In this document: in pieces, positions 50,381 through 60,052 of the stretch
Layout: each line of letters starts with the position of its first letter
Numbering within the stretch: position 1 is the stretch's first letter
Assembly: GCA_963753595.1 (NCBI GenBank)
Contig: CAVWCX010000024.1
Coordinates: forward strand, 123,496-187,495
Length of the DNA: 64,000 nucleotides
Origin: Candidatus Methanoperedenaceae archaeon
Lineage (GTDB): Archaea; Halobacteriota; Methanosarcinia; Methanosarcinales; Methanoperedenaceae
Direction: 5' to 3'
Position numbers and translations under genes: made by a program
Notes under the pieces: generated by a model
Database searches by the model: none
Told to the model about the DNA's origin: nothing
The model's input: the letters and a program-made list of their open reading frames with translations, nothing else

Positions 50381-50607
50381 AGATAGAAGGGAAATTAACA
50401 TTCAAAAGCGAAAGAGCAGACGAACTGGTTAATATTATTGCCCGGTCTCTTGCGCCGGATAATGTTCCCGGGATAAAGACAATTATTGATGGTGATACTG
50501 TGACTGTTTTATTCGAAGGAGAAAAAGTGGGTACGATCCTTGCCTCAGTTGATGATTACCTGATGAATGCCACAATAGTTGAAAAGCTATTTTATACACT
50601 TAAATAA
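50377..50607 (+). CDS. pcc1: KEOPS complex subunit Pcc1
   Basis: 'SLAPDN' and 'ASVDDYL.N'; conserved position after the DHH gene. Confidence 0.82.
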   Translation: MKIEGKLTFKSERADELVNIIARSLAPDNVPGIKTIIDGDTVTVLFEGEKVGTILASVDDYLMNATIVEKLFYTLK

Positions 50608-50989
50608 TTGTCTACTCGAAAGATGTGCTGGAAAATGATCAATGATTCTAGACGTTGAGCTGTATCACATGAGTCAAATTCACGGAACTATCGTGGGAAT
50701 AGAAAAACTAATTGGCCTTGACGATCTATTTAATGCGACATCTAAGTTCACTCGAACAAGTATTCTTAGCGCAATATGAGAAAGAGACTCTTCCGTTAGA
50801 CTCTACCAATGTCTATTGTATTCAAAACTCTATAATTAAAGAAAATTTCATTCCGAACTTATATAGTTAAATGAAAGCCGGGCACTCCGGCTAAGTCCGG
50901 GGAAGGAGAGAGGGATTATAGAGAACAGATACTACAATCTTATGGTATAATTGTAGTGTTTATCTTATTTTTGATTTATGCACACCTTC

Positions 50990-52975
50990 TCATACCGGCA
51001 GGCCAAGTTTTCCCCTTGCTTTTTTCATATGTTCAAGAAGCAATTTTGAAGCTTTCATGGGTTCTACTTCCACTATGAATTTACCTCCGAATACCTCTTC
51101 TGACTTCGAAGTGAGTAAAGCAGCAACAACAGAGCTCCCAAGAACAGGTGGCGTTACACCAAGATGAACTGTGACTCCAAGTGCGACAGACCCCATGCCT
51201 ATAGCTGCTGCTTTTTCAGTTACCCATTCAGAAGCGGATGCTGCTATCGGCAGGTCCTTTATCTGGACGCCCAGTTTTTCGGCAATAGCAGAGACAAGAA
51301 TGACCACTCTTGCGTTATCAACACAGCTCCCGAAATGCCATACAGGTGGCAGAGGTTTCTCGATGCCTGCTGTCTCACCTAGAACTTTTAGAACACTCTT
51401 TAGCTTATTACCTGCATATTTTTCTGTAGCTTCCGGTGTCAGAAGACCTGCTCTCGCACATGCCTGGGCGGCACATCCCGTTGCGATGAGGAGGACGTTC
51501 TGCTTCATAAGTTCTTTTGCAATAGTAACATGGCTTGCATCAGCTGTCACTTTCGGGCTTGTGCATCCGGCAAGCAAGACAACTCCATAAATGTTACCTG
51601 AGGCTATATTGTCGATCAAGGGTTTCAACGGGTCTTCTTTATCGATTTTTGAGAGCACACCCAGGCAGGTCTCCACTGAAAATCCGGCCATAAGATCTTT
51701 TGGATATCCATGGGGCAGGTATATATTTTTTCCTCTTTTGGGGAAGTTCTCGATAGCTGTTTCAAGAATTTTCTTTGCAGTTTCATCCGCATTTTCCTCC
51801 TCGAAAGGAATATGCAATGCATTGGTAAGCTTAGCCTCTTTCATGGTGGATATGATCTTTGTATGGAACTTCTTTGCTACATTTTCAACATTCGGGAAAA
51901 TGCACTGGATATCCACAACGAAAGCTTCAGCAAGTCCTGTCGCTATTACAAGTTCCTGTTGAAGACTGCTTCCTACTAGCGGAATGCCGTGTCTCATCAA
52001 AACTTCGTTTCCTGTGCAGCAGCAGCCAACTACATTTATCCCTTGCGCTCCCAAAGAGCGTGCTTTATTAAGCATTTCCGCATCTTCGGAAAATTCAACT
52101 ATTTTTTCCGACAGCAGAGGAACATGACCATGGATTATGACATTCACTTTATTCTTGTCAAGAACATTAAAACCAATCTTTGAAAAAACAGGTTTTGGAA
52201 TGCCAAACAGAACATCCTGGAATTCAGAACTTATTATCAGGGACATTATGTCAGCAACACCAAGCCTTGTTGCATGTAAAATAAGTGATTCCGGATCAGC
52301 CATATTTCCCATTGATGTTTCAAGTCCTTCATCTAAGAGTTCTTTTCCGATAGAAGCTGGTGTAATGCCGTTACTCGCGAAAACGTTGCTTTTTGGGCAA
52401 TAAGAAGCGGCAAACTTCATTGAGTTCTCATCGCTTAATATATCCAAGAGGGCTATTGATGCTGCTTCTGCTGCTACAGCCTCGATATCATTTCCTGTAT
52501 CTATCTTTAATTTTGATGCGATTGATCTTAGCTTCTCAGGCTCTTTTATCAAATAAGGCGTTTTTTTCTGGGCAGTTTTAAGGAGAGCTGATGCTGCATG
52601 CCGTGCATGTGAAGCATGGGATGCTGTTCCTCTTGCAACCATCATAAGAAGATTCCTTGCAACAATAGTATCTACGCTTGCCCCGCATGTCCCTTTTTCC
52701 AATTGTGGAGTAGATAATTTGTATATAAATGAAAGATGTTCATTCCATATCCTGCATGGGCCCATCGCGCACTGTCTGCAGCAAATGCCCAGCGATCCAA
52801 AGTTGCACCTTGTTTTATCTATCCCCAAAGTTGATTCATCATATTTCGCTTGTCTACTAAAAACAGTATCTATGCCCATACTGTCTGCATGTTGAATCAT
52901 TTCTTCGGTATCATCGTCAAGCGCTCTTTTTTCAATTCTTAATCGTTTTTCAGCTAAAAACAACTTACCTGCCAT
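50990..52975 (-). CDS. cooS: anaerobic carbon monoxide dehydrogenase catalytic subunit (CooS type)
   Basis: B/D-cluster motif 'C.FG..GICCRQC.MGPC'; C-cluster ligands in HGH, CCTGNE, DIQC, AGC, TGC and GSCVDN. Confidence 0.93.
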   Translation of the reverse strand: MAGKLFLAEKRLRIEKRALDDDTEEMIQHADSMGIDTVFSRQAKYDESTLGIDKTRCNFGSLGICCRQCAMGPCRIWNEHLSFIYKLSTPQLEKGTCGASVDTIVARNLLMMVARGTASHASHARHAASALLKTAQKKTPYLIKEPEKLRSIASKLKIDTGNDIEAVAAEAASIALLDILSDENSMKFAASYCPKSNVFASNGITPASIGKELLDEGLETSMGNMADPESLILHATRLGVADIMSLIISSEFQDVLFGIPKPVFSKIGFNVLDKNKVNVIIHGHVPLLSEKIVEFSEDAEMLNKARSLGAQGINVVGCCCTGNEVLMRHGIPLVGSSLQQELVIATGLAEAFVVDIQCIFPNVENVAKKFHTKIISTMKEAKLTNALHIPFEEENADETAKKILETAIENFPKRGKNIYLPHGYPKDLMAGFSVETCLGVLSKIDKEDPLKPLIDNIASGNIYGVVLLAGCTSPKVTADASHVTIAKELMKQNVLLIATGCAAQACARAGLLTPEATEKYAGNKLKSVLKVLGETAGIEKPLPPVWHFGSCVDNARVVILVSAIAEKLGVQIKDLPIAASASEWVTEKAAAIGMGSVALGVTVHLGVTPPVLGSSVVAALLTSKSEEVFGGKFIVEVEPMKASKLLLEHMKKARGKLGLPV

Positions 52976-53155
52976 TTTATCACTCCTTTTTTCTTAAAAT
53001 CCTAATTTATTAATTCATCACCGGTCAGCCTAATTTCTGGTGTAAATTTATTGAGCATTCTTCAATAAAAAAACCATCCAGAATTCCCAGTTGATAATTA
53101 TTTATTAATATAATTACTATATATAAGTAAGCACAAAATGGGCTGTGGGACAGAA

Positions 53156-54142
53156 TTAACCTGGGTACAGGTTCATGAGATTATGCCAGACCCCTGTGCA
53201 ATTCAAAGCGGTATCAATCCTATCATCCCTTTTTTGTCCCACCGTCCATCCAAACATTCTTTTATCTGCTGAAAATCCTGATTCAGAATTGTTTCTACGA
53301 AAATACTGTCCAAGATATGAGAACGTATTATTTACAAAATCTTCCATCGTATCCTTCCATTTCCACGAACCTCTTACTGTGGCATTTTTTCTTGGAATGA
53401 CATAGACTTTCGCTTCTCCAAATTTATCGACATAAGAGGAAAAACTATAATATTTATCAAGCCTAATGCTATCGATTTGTATATCAATCTTCTTTATCAT
53501 TTCCATAGCTCTATCGAAAGCTTCTTTTTCACTCTTTAAACTCATTCCAAATGCTACATACATCTTTGATTTGAGGTCGAGTAACTTGAAAGAATAAACA
53601 AAAGCCTTAGTTCCAGAATACTCTTTTGCTTTATCCTTTCGTATTTGAGTCTCAGAAGCATAATGCTTTTTTATCGTCAATGAATAACCAGTTCCATCTC
53701 CACATGCATCAATATTCTTAACTCCTTTTTCCCTTAAAATGAGTATGTGAAGATTATGAATTGCCATTTCAACGTCATGATTAGAATACAATCTTTCTAC
53801 AGTCTTATAGCCGACATCAATTCCGGAAAGGAGAGAAAATAAACCAAGCATTGAAGCCATCATTCTATTGCTTTCTCCCAATAATTCTTTCAATAATAGA
53901 ATAATAACTCTCTGTTTTAGTTCTAACTCTGGAGGTCTTCCTGGGCCTCTATGAATTTCAATATTTATTGATTGATCTATCAATGGTTCAAGATTACGGA
54001 TTGCTCCTTTGATCCGTTTCATCAATTGCTGTTCATAAGTCCGCCAATCTCGTTTCTTCTCTATCTTTCTATCCTTGTATTGCTTTAGTAGAAAATCATC
54101 TATGTCCTTTATCCTGTCTCTAATATCATCACTTTTTAGCAT
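53156..54142 (-). CDS. DDE transposase (ISNCY/ISA1214-like)
   Basis: 328 aa; only a few substitutions relative to 20027-21013. Confidence 0.9.
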   Translation of the reverse strand: MLKSDDIRDRIKDIDDFLLKQYKDRKIEKKRDWRTYEQQLMKRIKGAIRNLEPLIDQSINIEIHRGPGRPPELELKQRVIILLLKELLGESNRMMASMLGLFSLLSGIDVGYKTVERLYSNHDVEMAIHNLHILILREKGVKNIDACGDGTGYSLTIKKHYASETQIRKDKAKEYSGTKAFVYSFKLLDLKSKMYVAFGMSLKSEKEAFDRAMEMIKKIDIQIDSIRLDKYYSFSSYVDKFGEAKVYVIPRKNATVRGSWKWKDTMEDFVNNTFSYLGQYFRRNNSESGFSADKRMFGWTVGQKRDDRIDTALNCTGVWHNLMNLYPG

Positions 54143-54195
54143 AACCCCCCAATGTACCGCAAAGTATATAAGTGTTTACATGTATATACTATAAC

Positions 54196-54357
54196 ATGAG
54201 AGAAGTTAAAGCTGTTTCAGGTGGAAAAGTGATAATTAAAGATAATGTTGAAGAGATTTATGAGAAAAAAGTTACACCTTATGGAAATGGTGCCAAGATA
54301 GATGCACAAAAAAAGGACATAGGTAAAAGAGTTTTTGTTATTGTTCTAAAGGACTGA
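54196..54357 (+). CDS. small transposon-encoded protein (DUF2080-like)
   Basis: Same protein sequence as 21067-21228. Confidence 0.82.
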   Translation: MREVKAVSGGKVIIKDNVEEIYEKKVTPYGNGAKIDAQKKDIGKRVFVIVLKD

Positions 54358-54400
54358 TGGTTCAAATGTGGGGTGTGTCTTTCAATTTTGTCCCACAGCC

Positions 54401-55117
54401 CCTTATTATGAATCTTGTAGGGAACATCTTAAGCCATTACTTATTTTGATGAACTATATTCTTAATTACTCGGAACAAAAATACATTGAAGAATATTTTG
54501 AGTACGTATTCCAATTTGAAAAACTAGTTCAAGGAAAAAGTGGAACTGTTGCTATAATAGATATACCAATAACACTCATATCTGAAATCTTTTTTAAAAT
54601 AATACCAATAGCATACAAAAAGAAGAATGCTAGCATTTTAAGAAAACTGCTCGTTCATTCAATTTCTAATAGATACGGTTATTCAGCACCTATTATTTAT
54701 GATGCAAGAATTTGGGGACCTGAAATCTTCAAAAGTGATGTCGATTCATATATTAGATACCTATTCCCTGAAGATACGAAGAAGGGTCTTACATCAATTT
54801 CATACATAAATAATCTTAACGAAATTACTTTTTTATTAGATTGTTATGCTGTGAGCGGCGAATATTATGTATCCCATCCAACGTACTTAACATTCAATGA
54901 TATAGATACTCCAAGAAGAATAATTTTAAAATTATCTGATCAAAAGTTTGTATCTTTTATAGAAGAAATGTTTGAAATTAAGCTTAAAAATTTTCTTGAT
55001 TTAATTATAAAAAGACAAAAAATGATTTTAGGATGGCACGGAAGAAATTTTGAAATAAAGGCTTCAATATCCAAAACTCTGACAAAATTTGAAGAGATTG
55101 CTTCAAAAATTCCTTAG
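54401..55117 (+). pseudogene. hypothetical gene, probably 5'-truncated by IS copy D
   Basis: The open frame runs right up to the IS end, and the listed start codon lies inside the IS. Confidence 0.5.
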
Positions 55118-55444
55118 TTTCGCGCTTATTTTTCATTTGTCCAAAAAGTCTAAAGGATTTTATACGCTTAAGGTGCATGAAGTCTATTTCATGTAGTTAC
55201 CTCTATTCAGTGGCATCCGGGGACTGTGATTAAAGTTACCTAGAGCGGTATTACATTTCATTTTTTCTTGGGATACTTTGCATATGTCTTATTATCTTTC
55301 TTGACATTTCTTTGGATTTTACTTTAAATCAACAGCTACAATATCTCACAATTCAATATATTTCGGCAGCAATCTAACCAAAACCCAAATAATCCTCGAC
55401 AATCATCGAAACATATATAAACCCTCCCGCAAAATTAATCCATT

Positions 55445-56725
55445 ATGCTCGATCAATCCATCCGTTCATGGAACCCATGGTGGGCGCAAAAGATGCCTCC
55501 ATCCCTCACTGGAATAAGGAGGGACATCACAGGAGACATCATCAAAAGCCTCGGAACTCCCCACATAAAGGACATAATAGGTGTAAGGCGCTGCGGTAAG
55601 ACCACCATTCTCTATCAGGTGGCAGACCATCTGGCCTCTCAGGGAGTGCGGGCAAAGGACATCATGTTCCTGAACTTCGATGATCCATCGATAAACGCTG
55701 CCACATTTCCCGAACTCCAGAAAGAGATATTCAAAATAAATCCTGATATATCCCACATATTCCTTGATGAGATACAGCAGAAAACAGGCTGGGAACGATG
55801 GGTAAGGACGCTTTACGACACACGAAAATTCCAGAGGATATTCATCTCAGGATCATCTGCAAGCCTGCTTTCGCATGATATGGGAAGAGTACTGACAGGC
55901 AGGCATATAACCTTTGCAGCATCGCCTTTTTCATTCAGGGAATATCTCAGGAAAAGAAGCTGGGAGGATTTTGCGCCTGAATATCTCGCTTATAATAAGG
56001 ACAAGCTCCTCCATTACCTTGGCGCTTATCTTGAAGCCGGAGGCTTTCCTGAAACAATAGGGCTTGATGATTTTGGCCGAAAACAGGTGCTTACCTCGCT
56101 TTACAAGGACATTCTTGCCAGGGACATTTCTTCAAGATACGGCGCATCCTTTGAGATCACTGACAGGATATGCAGGTTCATGCTTACGAATCCGGGTGCT
56201 TCTTACTCAGGCAATAGCATAGCGCAGGCAACAGGCGCTGCTGTAGAAACGGCTGAAAAATATATCGGCTACTTGAAAGAATCCCTGCTGATATACGAAC
56301 TTCCGATTTTTTCTTATAAACTGAAGATGCAATTCAAGCAGAACAAAAAAACATATCCTGCTGATACTGGTGTCCGGAATGCCGTATGTTTGCGTTTCTC
56401 CCAGGACACAGGAAGGCTCGCAGAGACGGTGGTTTTCCTTGAACTCAAGCGACGCAATTTTGAGGTATACTACTGGAAGAACCAGGATGGTTATGAAGTT
56501 GATTTTGTGGTAAAATCAGGACAAAAGATCATAGAGCTTATCCAGGTGGCGTGGGATGTAAGTGATGAGGCTGTTCAAATGCGCGAAGAACGTGCACTCT
56601 GGTGCGCTATGGAAGAACTTGAAGTCGATGCCGGGATTATTTTAACTGAGGATTATGAGAGAAGTCTTGAAAAAAATGGAACGGTCATAAAATATGTGCC
56701 GATGTGGAAGTGGCTCTTAAAATGA
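55445..56725 (+). CDS. AAA+ ATPase (AAA_14 plus DUF4143)
   Basis: Motifs 'GVRRCGKT', 'FLDEIQ', 'SGSS', 'LTGR', 'GGFPE', 'K.Y..DTG' and 'EVDF'. Confidence 0.92.
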   Translation: MLDQSIRSWNPWWAQKMPPSLTGIRRDITGDIIKSLGTPHIKDIIGVRRCGKTTILYQVADHLASQGVRAKDIMFLNFDDPSINAATFPELQKEIFKINPDISHIFLDEIQQKTGWERWVRTLYDTRKFQRIFISGSSASLLSHDMGRVLTGRHITFAASPFSFREYLRKRSWEDFAPEYLAYNKDKLLHYLGAYLEAGGFPETIGLDDFGRKQVLTSLYKDILARDISSRYGASFEITDRICRFMLTNPGASYSGNSIAQATGAAVETAEKYIGYLKESLLIYELPIFSYKLKMQFKQNKKTYPADTGVRNAVCLRFSQDTGRLAETVVFLELKRRNFEVYYWKNQDGYEVDFVVKSGQKIIELIQVAWDVSDEAVQMREERALWCAMEELEVDAGIILTEDYERSLEKNGTVIKYVPMWKWLLK

Positions 56726-57379
56726 ATCTAATTCCGACATAAATTCTCTTAGCCTTGCATGATCTGGAAGCACAATATCCGCATTCTTCAATAATTCCGG
56801 TTCTACATATGTCGGGATCGCTATACAGTACAGGCCCGCCCTTTTTGCCGATTCAACACCCATAGGCGCGTTTTCGATTACGATACATTCATCTTTTCGG
56901 ACTTTTAGCATTTCAACAGCTTTCAAATAGGGCTCCGGGGATGGCTTTCCTTCTGTAACATCATTTCCAGTCACAATAACAGAAAATGTATCCGGGAAAA
57001 ACCGCCCGATTAGCTCTGTGACAACTGCTTTATCAGAACCGGATACCACCGCGAGAGCATATTTGTTTTTTAATATATCGATCAATTCATATATTTCTTC
57101 AAAAACAGTCACCTTATTGATCTTTGAAAATATCTCCTGTTTTTCCTCTGCAAGTTTGTAAAAGTCCTCAGGTCCAGGTATCCTGCCTGCTTTCTCAAAT
57201 ACCAGCCTGATTATTCCAATATGGTTGGAACCTTCTATTTTATAGATATCATCCCTCTGGATCTTGATCCCCACATTGGCAAAAACAGCTGCCCATGCGT
57301 CTGCATGACAGGGCATAGAATCCACAAGCACGCCATCCATATCAAAAATCACTGCTTTTCTCATAAAATTCACCAACAT
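56717..57379 (-). CDS. HAD family phosphatase (beta-phosphoglucomutase-like)
   Basis: Motifs 'FDMDGVLVDS', 'KPSPEPY' and 'IENAPMGVESAK.AG'. Confidence 0.92.
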   Translation of the reverse strand: MLVNFMRKAVIFDMDGVLVDSMPCHADAWAAVFANVGIKIQRDDIYKIEGSNHIGIIRLVFEKAGRIPGPEDFYKLAEEKQEIFSKINKVTVFEEIYELIDILKNKYALAVVSGSDKAVVTELIGRFFPDTFSVIVTGNDVTEGKPSPEPYLKAVEMLKVRKDECIVIENAPMGVESAKRAGLYCIAIPTYVEPELLKNADIVLPDHARLREFMSELDSF

Positions 57380-57484
57380 GAAGTTAAACGCTCACTACAT
57401 TATCTTCTTTATATATTATGTCTTGAATATACATTAAATCTTGCAGAACCATGTGATAATCTTTTTTGTATTGTCAATTTTAAA

Positions 57485-58744
57485 TTATTTGTTGCCTTCG
57501 GATATTTCAATAACGCATAATAATCCGTGTCCGCATCCTAAGCCAGGTTCTAGCGACATTTCTATGTTCCTTAATATCATAGCTATTTGTGGTCCCATTA
57601 CGTTTGCCCAAAAATCCACAACTGGAAATCTATGTGCATTTCTATAAAGCCATGCTAAAAACTTTAATTCATTTGATACATCTGGAGATGTTGTTTCAAT
57701 AAGTTGAGATACTAATTTATCATCATTTTTAATAAGTGCATCAACAAGTTGTATTACATAATTCCATTTTTCTGCATAATTTAATAATCTTTCCCATACT
57801 TCGGGTTTATTCTTTCCTGCTTCATTGCACCAATCAAGATTAATAAGTAAGTCTTTAATTAATACTCTATGATCATGGTCAAATAAATGATTAACCTTTA
57901 AACGGTAATTAAAGCAAGGCGAACCGAATAGACCTGTTTCCATATGTCTTCCTATAAAGATAGAACGGTCGATACATTTTACTATCTTAAAATTTATATT
58001 TGTTTTTTTTTCAATATCATCAATTAGTGATAACAATGCTGAAGATTCCCAATAACACACTTCATACCATTTGATAAGTTCTTTTTTGCGCATTTCTGGT
58101 GAAATAAGATATGCCATATTATAAGGAAGTAATTCTTTAGTTTCATTCCAGTACCTTACCCATTCTGGTGAACATTTTCCAAGCAGGTCTAATACAATTA
58201 CTGCTCCAGGTTGTGCATGGTTAAATATTTCTTTCAAAAGTTGGGAAAGTTTGCCTGGCGTTAAATGTGACAAAGAAGAATAAGAAGAAAAGTATATGTC
58301 AAATGGTTGTTCATCTATTAATTGAAAACCTTTATTCAAATCTACTTGTTCAAATTCTACATTTTCCATACCTTCATAGTTTTTTCTTCCTTGTTGAATC
58401 ATAGAACCACTAATATCAACTCCCAAATAGTAAGATATCTGATTTGGTGCTAGAGTAAAAGATTGAGTACTGGTGTGTGGATGTTCACTATTAGGAATGT
58501 GTGTTAATAACTCGTAACCTTCACCACTACCGCATCCAAGGTCAACTATACGTATGTCTTTTCTTTTTGCCAAAAGTTTTTCGATAGAGCCTTTTATGGT
58601 TAATTTGGTTACTACATCTTCCCAATATTTTCTAACATGGTCTTTCTTTCCAGTAAGACCACCTTCTTCAAGACCATAGAATCCTTGCTGAGCAGCAACG
58701 TCAAAGAACTCTGCTGGTCTAATTATACAATTACCTTTTTCCAT
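57485..58744 (-). CDS. class I SAM-dependent methyltransferase with extended C-terminus
   Basis: 'IVDLGCGSGEG' and 'YLGVDIS..M'; 419 aa; GAGG RBS. Confidence 0.8.
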   Translation of the reverse strand: MEKGNCIIRPAEFFDVAAQQGFYGLEEGGLTGKKDHVRKYWEDVVTKLTIKGSIEKLLAKRKDIRIVDLGCGSGEGYELLTHIPNSEHPHTSTQSFTLAPNQISYYLGVDISGSMIQQGRKNYEGMENVEFEQVDLNKGFQLIDEQPFDIYFSSYSSLSHLTPGKLSQLLKEIFNHAQPGAVIVLDLLGKCSPEWVRYWNETKELLPYNMAYLISPEMRKKELIKWYEVCYWESSALLSLIDDIEKKTNINFKIVKCIDRSIFIGRHMETGLFGSPCFNYRLKVNHLFDHDHRVLIKDLLINLDWCNEAGKNKPEVWERLLNYAEKWNYVIQLVDALIKNDDKLVSQLIETTSPDVSNELKFLAWLYRNAHRFPVVDFWANVMGPQIAMILRNIEMSLEPGLGCGHGLLCVIEISEGNK

Positions 58745-59231
58745 TTAATTCCTCTAAATTTAAATATAATTAAGTCATATCGGTTAAAATTTCCCACTTT
58801 CTACTGTTTAAGTTTCCCCAACCCATTATAAAGTTTCCTCTCGACTGTCAAATTTTCTAACAATAAGTAAGCTTCATTTTCGAGGAATTATCAACTCATG
58901 TTGTGTTGCTGAATAAAGAGGAATGATCTGATTACCACCAGCGCATATCTCCGTAGGATTACCCCAAACGGAAGGGGAAGCGGCAATGCATGATGTAACT
59001 TCTTGTCACGTAACACTCCGTTGAAGAATATGGAATATAGAACAGATATTTTACAATAGGATTTACGACAATTATATATTATACTGTATAACATATAGAA
59101 TGTAATTAATGTTGCAAACAAAATAACATACTATTATAAGAGTGGTAAATATTTAACAAAGTGATATAAGGGGGAAATGATGTTATGGGGTTATATAAAT
59201 ATATAATATTATTAAATAAATGGTGAATTAA

Positions 59232-60044
59232 ATGTTAATTGTTACATGTGTAAAACAGGTGCCTGATACTACCCAGGTCAAAGTTGATCCGGTCACAGGT
59301 ACTTTGATCAGGGAAGGTGTGCCGTTCATAATAAATCCGTTTGATACTTATGCCTTAGAAGAAAGTCTCAGGCTCAAAGAAAAATACGGGTTTCGCGTAG
59401 CTGTTATTTCTATGGGTCCCCCTAATACCGAGGTTACACTGCGAAAAGCTCTTTCCCTGGGCGCTGATGAGGTAATACTTTTAAGCGACAGGGCTTTTGG
59501 CGGAGCTGATACCCTTGCGACCAGTATGGTTCTTGCTGAAGCCATCAAGAAGCTTGGTAAGAAAGAAGAGGTGGCCATAGTAATTTGCGGCAGGCAGACC
59601 ATTGATGGAGATACGGCACAGGTCGGGCCTGGTATTGCGACCCGCCTTGGTTATTCACAACTGACCCTGGTAGACCATATAGAATCCGTGGATCTAAAGG
59701 CCAAAAAAATAAAAGTCAGGCGCAGGCTGGAAGGCAGGCACGAAATAGTTGAGGCGCCTCTTCCTTCAATGATCGCGGTGCTTCGGGAAATAAACCGTCC
59801 ACGCTATCCGACAGTTCCTATGCGCCTTTTTGCAGAGGTCGCTCCTGTAACATTATGGAATAACAAAGAAATGGGATTAAGGGAAGACACTATCGGCCTT
59901 AAGGGTTCTGCAACACAGGTGCGAAAGATCTTTTCACCCCAGAGAGAAAAAGGAGAGATAATCGGCGATGGGGTCAACGATCCGCAGGCTTCTGCCCGAT
60001 TATTGGTTGAAAGGCTTAAAGAAAAGAATATCCTGAGTTTATAG
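59232..60044 (+). CDS. etfB: electron transfer flavoprotein beta subunit
   Basis: Motifs 'CVKQVPD', 'INPFD', 'SMGPP', 'GADT.AT', 'DGDTAQVG' and 'PRYP'. Confidence 0.95.
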   Translation: MLIVTCVKQVPDTTQVKVDPVTGTLIREGVPFIINPFDTYALEESLRLKEKYGFRVAVISMGPPNTEVTLRKALSLGADEVILLSDRAFGGADTLATSMVLAEAIKKLGKKEEVAIVICGRQTIDGDTAQVGPGIATRLGYSQLTLVDHIESVDLKAKKIKVRRRLEGRHEIVEAPLPSMIAVLREINRPRYPTVPMRLFAEVAPVTLWNNKEMGLREDTIGLKGSATQVRKIFSPQREKGEIIGDGVNDPQASARLLVERLKEKNILSL

Positions 60045-60052
60045 GGGGAGAC

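Larger units (their letters stand above)
53141..54400 (-). mobile_element. ISA1214-like IS, copy D (intact, 1260 bp, no TSD)
   Basis: Same IRs as copy C and near-identical to it; flanks CACAAAATG and CCTTATTAT differ. Confidence 0.92.

Noticed and set aside
58891-59121. 76-aa ORF or structured RNA upstream of etfB
   Set aside because: No motifs, RBS or convincing stems; more likely a promoter region or decayed sequence
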